64,000 nt of DNA from Felis catus (lineage: Eukaryota). Every line of letters starts with the position of its first letter. The first letter of the stretch is position 1. The DNA is taken from positions 222,334,001-222,398,000 of the forward strand of contig NC_058368.1 in the NCBI RefSeq assembly GCF_018350175.1, read 5' to 3'. A program made the position numbers and the translations under genes. A model generated the notes under the pieces. That model worked only from the letters and a program-made list of their open reading frames with translations, did no database searches and was not told the origin of the DNA. Positions 54,117 to 64,000 of this stretch are shown piece after piece.

Positions 54117-54334
54117 TTTTTTTTTAACGTTTATTTATTTTTTGAGAGGCAGAGACAGAGCATGAACAGGGGAGGGGACAAAGAGAGAGGGAGTCACAGA
54201 TTCCGAAGCAGGTTCCAGGCTCTGAGATGTCAGCACAGAGCCCACACAAGTCCAAACCCATGAACGGATCCAAAGTCGGATCCGACTGGAGCCAAAGTCA
54301 GATGCCTAAACAACTGAGCCATCCAGGCACCCCT
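54117..54334 (-). mobile_element. SINEC_Fc-type SINE with internal rearrangement
   Basis: TSD atgtggcc on both sides. Confidence 0.9.
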
Positions 54335-54379
54335 CATGTGGCCTGTTTCTAATTAAGACTTAAACTTCCCGAAATGGTA

Positions 54380-55210
54380 CTTTACATACATGGCCAAAAC
54401 TAAATGCCTGACATAAGAATGTGTTGGCAAGGATATGAAACAACTGAAATTCTCCTAAACCCCTGGTGGAATGATAAAGAGTCAACCATTTTATAAAATT
54501 CTTCAACTGTTTCTTAAAATATTAAATGTACTTCTACCATATCACCCAACATTTGCATGCCCAGGTATTTAGCCAAGAGAAATAAAAACATGTCCACAAA
54601 AATGATGCATACAAATATCCACAGTGACTTTATTCATAATGGTACAACTTAAGTACTCATCAAGGGTTGAATGGTTAAGCAAAATAAATTATAGCCCTAT
54701 AAATGGGATAGTAGCAAACATAAAAGAATGAACCATTCATGCATACAGTGACATGAGTGAATCTTAGAATAATCTTGCTTAGTGAAAGAAGTCAGACAAA
54801 AATACAGGAGTTTGTATCAGAAAAAAAATTAGTAAAACAAGGGCAGACCACTCTATGGTAATGTCAGTGGTTGCTTGGGCAAGGATTGGAGGAAGGAGGG
54901 ATGTACCACAAAGGGGTGTGAGAACATTTGGGGGGCATTGGAAGTGTTCTGTATCTTTTTTTTTATTTAAAAAAAATTTAACGTTTATTTATTTTTGAGA
55001 CAGAGAGAGACAGAGCATGAACAGGGGAGGGTCAGAGAGAGAGACACACAGAATCTAAAACAGGCTCCAGGCTCTGAGCTGTCAGCACAGAGCCCGACGC
55101 GGGGCTTGAACTCACGGACCGCGAAATCATGACCTGAGCCGAAGTCGGCCGCTTAACCGACTGAGCCACCCAGGCGCCCCAAAAGTGTTCTGTATCTTGA
55201 ATGTGGAACC
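54380..55210 (+). mobile_element. L1MC/MD-like 3' region
   Basis: gtgttggcaaggatatg...agtgaaagaagtcagaca...gtggttgct. Confidence 0.75.
54958..55180 (-). mobile_element. SINEC_Fc-type SINE, young, nested in L1
   Basis: TSD aagtgttctgtatctt at 54942-54957 and 55183-55198. Confidence 0.95.
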
Positions 55211-56434
55211 ACCTACAATATGTGAAGGCCAGCTTCTCTTTTTATGATTTCTCTCATTTCACATGACTTGTCTAATTATAATGAGCCCTTCCTCATTAGG
55301 AAGGATTCTCAATTTACATTGAATAGGCGTTACATGTGTCGCACGTGTCACAACTCAAGGTTTTGAGTGGACTATCCTTATTGCACTACAACGTAAAAAT
55401 CCTCTACCCTTCTCTCTATAATCTTGCTAAAAAGGTAACTTTCAGCTGAATGCTTACCAACCTCCATGAAAGCATCTTCCCATTATCATAACGCTTCTGG
55501 AGAATCCAACTAACTCTCATGAACACAGGTTCATTTCAAGCACTACATTCTTGATAATCTGATTCAATAGCTTCCATTCTAACTTGATCAGATCCTCCAA
55601 AGTCAGCTCTAGTTAATATAATACAAGTGATAATTATAATAATTTTTACAACTCAACATGAATGCATTTAGAGATTTAGAAAAATAAATACATAATGGTT
55701 GATCACAGTTACACATGTGAACTACTTCTTATGGATCTTTCAATATGAGCAGTGGAAATTCTTTTAAATTAGGTGTTGCTTACCCACAGCAAGTCATATA
55801 GAAGCCTCTCCTTTCTGAGTCTAGGGTCATGGCATCATATTAAGACACATTATGTGGGGCCTTTGGTTCGTTAATGGTATTGTCTGCATAATGTGCATAT
55901 TGATCTGGCCACTGGATGGGTGAGTTTTCAGAAGAATTATATGGTTATCACAGTTGCAGAAACCCGGGGAAAACAGAATCGGAGATAATCAAGCTGAATT
56001 ATTCTGTTGTGAAGATTCAAGATATCCACAGTAGCCTTTGGTATTATATTGGTATGTGAATGTTTCCGCTTTATTCTGTCATCTCAGTCTCACATACAAG
56101 GAACAAGCAGTAAAAGTTAATGTATGAATGAACTGAATGAAACATAATAGAGAACTATATGGCCTGTGGCGAATCAGAGAACTGATGCTTTTTTAATGAC
56201 ATTCATATTTATTGTTTCTATCAAAACTGTGTAGATTGGATTCAGTCCACAGTGTGCCAGGTTGCAAACGCTGTTATACTGCTGTAATGAGAAATAAAAA
56301 AATCTAATTCTGTCACAAATGTACACTGCATTAGGTAAACAGTACCTTCTCTTCAATCCCCACAAGTAATTATAGTGAACAAGTGGCTCTCTATGGTCTG
56401 ATTTTGTTCCCAGTCTGAAAGTCAGCACAATGAC

Positions 56435-56473
<39 letters not shown>
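56435..56473. repeat. (TTA)n microsatellite
   Basis: Direct reading. Confidence 0.95.
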
Positions 56474-56646
56474 GATTAATATATTCATTTGTGGTTAATT
56501 TAAAATTTCTATCATCTATTGTCTAACTATCACAAAGTAACTGTGATATGGTAGAATGCTAAAGGATGAAAAAGTTGTAATGATTTGTTATTTAATTGTG
56601 GTAGGAACATGAGACCTGCCAATCTCGGTGTTACCCTCTTCTTCTC

Positions 56647-56724
56647 CCTTTCCTTCCCTCCTTCCTTCCTTCCTTCCTTCCTTCCTTCCTTCCTTCCTTC
56701 CTTCCTTCCTTCCTTCCTTCCTTC
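56647..56724. repeat. (CCTT)n polypyrimidine repeat
   Basis: Direct reading. Confidence 0.95.
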
Positions 56725-57661
56725 TTTTTCTCCTTCCCCAAGGACTTCCTCCCATTTCTTTCAGCCCAGACATTAATGCAGAGGAAAGGGTGGATTTGCT
56801 ATTGATTCTTTGTCTACTTTAAAAAAAAATATGTTCTGTACTGTGGTTCTTCTAACCCTCCTCTGACCTTGCATTTGCCTCTTGAAATGTTGAAGGTACC
56901 AGAAGCCTGGTGCTATTCTGTGTCTGATTTTAGAGGATTAAAGGGGGGCTACAGGTAAGGACCTAAGTTGTTAGTTTAGAAGTGGAATAACTGTGTCTGC
57001 AATCATTATAGAGGTCATGATTGAACTTACTATGCTGTTCCTATTAAATTTACATTTATTCTTAGTTCTGAAAATGCAAACACATTTATTAAAAAACAGG
57101 AGCGAAAGCCAAACCAAATTTAAAAGAACACATGGGATGGATCACTTAAAAATAAGCAGTACAATATTATTAGCTATAGGCACAATGCTGTACAGCAGAA
57201 ATTTGGAACTTATCATCTTGCGTAACTGAAGCTTTATACTCATTGAATAGTAACTCCCTATTTCCCCCTACCCTAGCCCCTGACAGCACCATTCTATTCT
57301 CTGGTTCTGCGAGTTTGACTATTTTAAACACCTTATGGAGGGGAATCATGCAATATTTGTCCTTCTGTGACTGGCTTATTTCACTTAGCGAAATGTCACC
57401 GGGTTGATCCCCATGTTGTTGCATATGGCAGAATTTTATAGCAAAAAATTAATAGAAAATACAATAATATTCCATTGCATGTATATACCAAATGTTCTTT
57501 AACCCTCCATGGAAATTTGGGTTGTTTCCGTACCTTTGCTATTGGAAATAAAATGCTTCAATAAGCATGAGGGTATAAATATCCCTTCAAGATTTTGATT
57601 TCAATATTTTGGATATACACCCATACATGGAATTGTTAGATTATAAAATAGTTCTATTTTT

Positions 57662-57856
57662 AATTTTCAAAATGATTACTTATTTATTTTGAGAAAGTGA
57701 GAGGGGGAGACAGAGAGGAGAGAGAGAGGATCCCAAGCAGGCTCCATGCTGTCAGTGCAGAGTCCAAAATGAGGCTTGAACTCACAAACCATGAGATCAT
57801 GACCTGAGCCGAAATCAAGAGTCAGATGCTTAACTGACTGGGCCACCCAGGCACCC
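57662..57856 (-). mobile_element. Can-SINE nested in L1
   Basis: gagatcatgacctgagccgaaatcaagag...caggcacccc. Confidence 0.9.
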
Positions 57857-58427
57857 CTTTAGTGTTAGTTTTTAAGGAATCCTCATACTGTTTTCCTTAA
57901 GGACTGCACCGATTTACAGTTCTTAGCAAGAGTGTACAAGGTGTTCCTTTCCTTCCTTCACATTCTTGTCAACACTCATTATCTTTTGTTTTCTTGGTAA
58001 TGGCCATCTTGAGAGATGTGAGAGGATACCTCTTTGTGATTTTGATTTATGTTTCCCTGATGATTCGTGATATTGTACATCTTTTCTAATATCTATTGAC
58101 CATTTGTGTGTCCTTCTTGGAGAAACATCTAATCAAGTTTTGGACTCATTTTTAAATATTTATTTGTGTGTTTGCTATTGAGCTGTAGGAGTTCCTTATA
58201 TATTTTGGGCTTTATCCTCTTGTATCAGATAATTGTTTTGCTCCCATTCTGCAGTTTGTCCTTCAGCTGTGCAGAGTGTTTCCTTTGCTGTCGAGAAGCA
58301 CTTATACTTTAATATAGTCCCGCTTTTTTCCTGATTTTTTTTCATTTTTTAATGCTTTTCCACTTGATTTTGTCTGTGTTTTTGATGTCCTATCTAAAAA
58401 ATCATTGCCAAAATCATTGTCAGTATT

Positions 58428-58635
58428 GTTTTTTAAATATTTTGTTTATTTTTGAGAGAGACGGACAGAGCATGAGCAGGGGAAGGGCAGAGGGAGAGGG
58501 AGATGCAGAATCCGAAGCAGGCTCCAGGCTCCAACCTGCCAGCACAGAGCCCGACGTGGGGCTCCAACTAGGAACCATGAGATCATGACTTGAGCTGAAG
58601 TCGGACACCCAACCAACTGAACCACCCAGGTGCCC
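58428..58635 (-). mobile_element. SINEC_Fc-type SINE nested in L1
   Basis: Canonical body. Confidence 0.9.
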
Positions 58636-59060
58636 TGAGAATATTTTCCCCCTGTTTCTTTTATGAGTTTCAGGGTTTCTGGTATTACATTCATAAATCT
58701 TTAATTCATTCTAAGTTTATTTTTATGTATGGTGTGAGATAAGGGTCCAGGTTTATTCTTCAGCAGGTGGATATGTCCTTTCCCCCATGTCATTTGGTGA
58801 AAAGGCTATCCTTTCCCCACTGTGTACTCTCGATGCCCTTGTTGAAGATCAGTTGGGCACATATACATGGGTTATTTCTGGGCTCACTATTCTCTTGGTC
58901 AATAGTCTATTTTTTTGCCAGTATTCTGCCGTTTTAATTATGGTAGCTTTGTAATATATCTTGAAATCAAGAAGTGTGATGCTTCCAATTTTGTTGTTCC
59001 TTCTCAAGATTGCCTTGCCTATTCTGGGTCTTTTCTGGTTCTAAATGAATTTTAGGATTG

Positions 59061-60159
59061 GGAAAAAAAAATGGACAAAGGACTCAAACAGTTACTTCTC
59101 CATAGAAGACATAGAAAATCCAACAGGTATATGAAAATATGCTCTAAAACATTAATTATTAGAGAAGTGCGGATCTAAACTACACTGAAACATCACCTAC
59201 CTGACACCTGTTAGGATGACTATTATAAGAAAGGGTTAATCGCTGAAGAGGATGTGGAGAAATTAGAACCCTTGAACACTATTGCTGAGAATGTAAAATG
59301 GTGCAGCAGCTCTGAAAAACATTATGGAGTTTACTAAAAAAATTAAAAATAGAACTTCAGCATGATCCAGCAGTCCCACTTCTGGATGAATACTTCATAT
59401 TCAAAAGTATTGAAATCATGACCCTGAGAGTTACTTCAAGCACTCTCATGTTCATTGCAGCATTATTCACAGTAGTAAGATGTGGAAAAAACCCAAGATG
59501 AATGGATAAAGGTGTGGTAGATTCCTACAATGGATTATAATTTGGCTTTGGGGGAATAAAAAGGAAATTCTGCCATTTGTGACAACATAGATGTATCTTA
59601 AGCCAGTCACAGAACGCACACTGCATGATTCCAGTTATATGAGGCATCTGAACTAATCAAATTGACAGAGAAATACAATGCAGAGAATACAACTGTATTT
59701 GCAAGGGACTGAGGGGTGGGGGAAATGGGGAATTGTTCAAGATGCATACAGTTTCTGTTATGCTAGATGAGTACTTTCTAGATATCCACTGTATGACATA
59801 TGGTTTAGAGTTAAAATACAGCATTTGTTAAGGGAGTGAATTCCTTGTTAAGTGTTCTTACCACTGAAACAAAACAGACAAATTCAGAGATTTGAGGACA
59901 CTTTGGGGCTGTTGTTTATGTCTATTACCTTGATACTGGTGATGATACCATGGTGTTTCCATTTGTCCCAACTCATCAAATTGTACACATTTGGGTGCTT
60001 CTGTGGCTAAGTCGGTTAAGGTCCGACTTTGGCTCAGGTCATGATCTTGTGGTTCAAAAGTTTGAACCCTGCATCAGGCTCTGTGCTGACAGCTCAGAGC
60101 TTGGAGCCTGCTTCAGATTCTGTGTCTCCCTCTCTTTCTGCTCCTTCCCTGCTTGCTCT

Positions 60160-60202
<43 letters not shown>

Positions 60203-60322
60203 AAAAATAATAAACAGCAAAAAATTATAAAAAATGAATGAACATTGAAAAAATCATTTTTAATTGTACACATTAAATATGTACACTTCCTTGTATGTTA
60301 ATTATACCTAATAAAGCTGTTA
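59061..60322 (+). mobile_element. L1MA/MB-like 3' end
   Basis: aaaatggacaaagga...ttcattgcagcattattcac...taataaagctgtt. Confidence 0.88.
59992..60261 (+). mobile_element. SINEC_Fc-type SINE nested in L1 3'UTR
   Basis: TSD aattgtacacatt at 59979-59991 and 60262-60274. Confidence 0.93.
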
Positions 60323-61119
60323 ATTACCTAAGAAGATTTATTTATCATATTTTAATACCATATATACAAGCAAAAGAGCTTCTATAGTCCAGGCTACAGA
60401 CAAATTTTAATCTATTAAAAACAGTTTTACTTTTCTTCCTTAAATATGTGTTATTTTGAGAAAATGGAATTGGATTTGTAATCAACAGCCTCCAATTATA
60501 TTTGAATTCCACCTTCTAAAAACAAGTAAACTTTGTTTTAGGACAAATATATCTTTACTTCTCAGAAGTATGTGTTTATCTTATTTTTAGCTGTAATAAA
60601 ATAGCTTTGTTTAATTGCCTTGAGCCTTACAAATTTCAAGAAAAATATTGTCATTCACGCTGTGCTCTTTCTCTTAAAGTAATTCAAAACTGACTGAGTA
60701 TTTTGGCAATCTATTCATTATATTGGACAATAAAGCACATGGGTTAACATTTTAAAATGTCAAACTCTTTTGCTTAATTGAGCTAGTTTCTTCCAAGATG
60801 TTAGTATGCAATATCGATAAATGGGAAATACAATTTTGACCTTCCAAATGGTCAAATTAACATTTAAAATGAATCTATACATATTGAGACCCAACTTACT
60901 TTTTTGGAAACATTAGATTACTTATCAATTCATGGAAGATTAAATAATCATATTGAGAGGGCAAAATAAAAATAAAAAGACTACTCATTTTGCACTTCAA
61001 CATTGAAATACCAATTTCTAAATTACTTTGCAACATAGAGTCATATTCCTTAGTTGCCATAAAAGAATGTTTAATCAATATGTCATTTAAAAATAGTGAC
61101 TGATTTGTTAATAATAAAC

Positions 61120-61340
61120 AGTTATATGACATTTATTATTGTCAGTCACTGCTGTAAGTACTTTACCAACATTAATTTATTTTCTCATCTTACTACAACT
61201 CTTTGTAGTTATAGTAACTATATAGTTATTGCCATATTTAGATGTGGAAACTGATGTGCACAAAATTTAAATATGTCTTAGACGAATGCATAGCTAGAAA
61301 ACGATAGAACCCAGTTTTACCCTTATGTCTTGGCAACATT
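61120..61340. mobile_element. MIR
   Basis: ttagatgtggaaactgatg...atagctagaaaacgatagaaccc resembles the MIR core. Confidence 0.65.
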
Positions 61341-62434
61341 GAATAGTCATGCGTATATGCATTTTAGCACAATAAACCGCCAATAAACTGCCAATAAACT
61401 CATACATAAACACACAGATAGCATGTATAGAATTATAGGTATAGATTTATATGTGTGTATGAGTGTGTATGGCACAAATATCGTGTTTGTGATGCCAAAA
61501 TCCCTTTCACGTGATTCAATTACCCAATCCAAGTAATTTTTCTTATTTATTTCTATCCTTAATCCTCCTAAACAGAATCAATTCATCCTTTGCCTATTTC
61601 TTGCTTTTACTACTACACAACAAATAGGCTTTAATTTTATAATTGTTCGCCACGTTGTCTCCCCAGTATCTCTCCTAAATTTCCAAAATATCTCAGGTGC
61701 AGAGGTGAGAAGTGAATAAAAATGAGGTTGTGGTCATTCTAGTTGAGCCAAAATCTTGTTTAATGCCAAGGTCACTTCTGGATTTTTCAGCCAGGTAAAG
61801 GTATAAATTCTTTTTGTATTTTAACACAACTATAATTGGATATTGTGTTTTTTTATCATAAACACTTGCTAGCAGGTACATTGTATTTCTTTATTAATGG
61901 GAAGTGTCCATTATAGTGCAAACCATACTGCAAGAATATTTCTTTCATCATTGCCTCTAATAATTCATGACCAACTGCAGTTCTTATGCATATCTTAGTT
62001 AAGTAGATACCATTCATCAGTAGAGACATGAAAATATTATTTTATACAGTATCCTTTTATAACCCACTGTACTTAGTAAACCAAAAAAAAAAAAATGAAG
62101 ACTTAATCCCAAAACTTCTAAAATCTCATACTTCCTTAGTTTACATCAAGCTTAGTTTACAAGCTTAGTATTAATAGATATAGGTGTATGTTTTTTCTTT
62201 TCTTTTAATTTTAAAAGTGAATTGCAGTTAATACATTTTTAAAATTCTTTGAAATGCAACTTGTTTTCTGTCCCTGAGGATTTGCACATAGCTTTTGTGG
62301 TGGGAAGAATATGGGGGAACACTGGAATGTCTATTGTCTGAGTCAGAGAGAAAATGAATTCTCCCCACTCTGCAAATGTTTTCTGTGGTCCCTGGGATAG
62401 AATACCCTTCCTCTCTCCACTGAGATAGATGCTG

Positions 62435-62470
62435 GTGTGTGTGTGTGTGTGTGTGTGCGTGTGTGTGTGT
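62435..62470. repeat. (TG)n microsatellite
   Basis: Direct reading. Confidence 0.92.
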
Positions 62471-63014
62471 TTAAAGAGTATTACTGCCCTATCACTTTCC
62501 CTGTCACTTTTCAATACAACACTTATCTCAAGCAAATGTGCATATATTGGATCCAAACAGAAGAGTTTGAAATGTACTATAAATACCTTATATCCTCTCT
62601 CTGCTCAGTAATATAAACAGCAGATAATCATGGACTTTAGTCATACAAATGAATTGTAATTTAGACAAAGAAATGCAGAAACTACTTGTATGGCATTAAT
62701 CATGATGGAATTAGTCATTAATAAAATACCTTTAGTAAGAAATATAAAAAAATTCAGGGATGGTTTTGCTAAGTATAATCCTTTTGATTTTAATAAGAAA
62801 TGTTCATTTACTTATATTTTATTCTCCAATTAAACTTGTCATGCTGTAGGAATAATTGAGAGTTAGTAAAAACTGAAGAAAATCTTGGAAATTATATATT
62901 TTCCTGATTTGGGTTCATGTGATTTTCTTATATAATTAATATATGCTCTCTTACTATAGAATAATCAAATGCCCTTTAAATGCCTCTTCAAATAATACGT
63001 TACATGTATAACAA

Positions 63015-63152
63015 ATTTTATTTTTGCAGAGACATAATTGAATAAATATAAAAAACATTCTCAGGAGTAGAATTTAGTGATTCATCCCTTACATATAGCA
63101 CCCTGTGCTCATGACAAGTGCCCTCCTTAATACCCAACACCCATTTAACCCC
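63015..63152 (-). mobile_element. Short carnivore L1 3'-end fragment
   Basis: tcaggagtagaatttagtgattcatcccttacata...acaagtgccctccttaatacc. Confidence 0.8.
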
Positions 63153-64000
63153 TCAATATGGACACATTTGAATGTAATTTTCAAGATTTGTAGACCTATT
63201 TTTCTTAGAAATAATTCTTATTTTCAAGTGAATGGGCATATTCAATTGCATGACTCTAGTCATTAGGCAGTTTTTGCATACCTGAGGTTTGATTCAAAAA
63301 ACTAACAGAGGTACTGATTTCGTACATCTCTATTTGTATATTTAATTCCCATAGACTATATTGTACAAGTGCTGATTACCTAAAAGTACCTATGCATCAT
63401 AATGTATGTTATCTATTCTGATGTCTAAAGAATGACACAAATATTGAGAATGGTGCTTGAAAGTGTCCTACTGGAGAAATTACAAACAAGTATCTGAGTA
63501 GTTTCTCATCTTACATAGAGTGATTTAACATTAAAGTAGATTTGTGTGAGTCATGATGATGAGGTTCCTGAAAGACTAAATGTCATTTCAAAGTGTTGAA
63601 AAATGTAATAGAATCTACTTTATTGTATTCTTTGAAGTGTGTATTTTATATTGCATATTTTATAAGCAAAATATTTATATTTTGGTAAATTGCAAATAAT
63701 TTGACTTATCTTTCTTGTCTTTAATTCTACTGGGGGAAAAATTGACAAGGCGCAGGATCCATCATTAAGAGGCAAGTTTCTCCTGCTTATCTTCCATTCT
63801 GTGTAATTTCCAGACAGATAAGAAAAGGCAATAACTTACCTGGACTGGATGTTAGGAAATGTAATTACTTTATAAATATAGTCAGGGTACTATTTTAGAA
63901 TGTCAAAAATTGTGTAATGTGTAATCTCAGAAATTTAGCTGAAAGCTGAGGGCAATGGGAGAAGAATATACCCCGTTTCTAATGACCAAATAGTAATTTT

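Larger units (their letters stand above)
57150..59060 (-). mobile_element. L1MA-like element (ORF2 3' part and 3'UTR)
   Basis: tgtgactggcttatttcacttagc; tgtatggtgtgagataagggtcc; aatgaattttaggattg. Confidence 0.88.

Noticed and set aside
1974..60241. Many 60-110 aa ORFs of the type MAQSVK..SAQVMIS..SGSVLTAQSLEP
   Set aside because: They are translations of Can-SINE copies, not a gene family.
63831..63843. acttacctgg resembling the U1 snRNA 5' end
   Set aside because: The downstream sequence does not continue as U1. It is better read as a minus-strand splice donor.
1..64000. tRNA genes, CRISPR arrays or prokaryotic systems
   Set aside because: This is mammalian DNA. The tRNA-like A/B boxes belong to SINE heads, and no repeat-spacer array is present.

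Overview
AT-rich mammalian genomic DNA from a carnivore, most likely a felid, judged from about 35 tRNA-derived Can-SINE (SINEC_Fc-type) copies. I recognise no protein-coding host exon. The ORF track is almost entirely SINE, L1 and microsatellite artefact. The window is mostly a repeat landscape: SINEs (many with target-site duplications, TSDs), L1 fragments of several ages including two 5'-inverted copies, an ERV1 solo LTR, a two-LTR MaLR provirus, a hAT DNA transposon and simple repeats. The standout is a ~3 kb decayed endogenous bornavirus-like L-polymerase element (EBLL) at ~10413-13451 on the + strand. Stitched across frameshifts, it matches Borna disease virus L collinearly through RdRp motifs A, B and C (QGD) and into the PRNTase/capping region. 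It is bounded by a candidate 12-bp TSD inside an older L1 and is split by a ~525-bp (TA/CA) microsatellite. Protein and repeat-family matches were made by eye against remembered sequences and need tBLASTn/RepeatMasker confirmation. Repeat boundaries are approximate.
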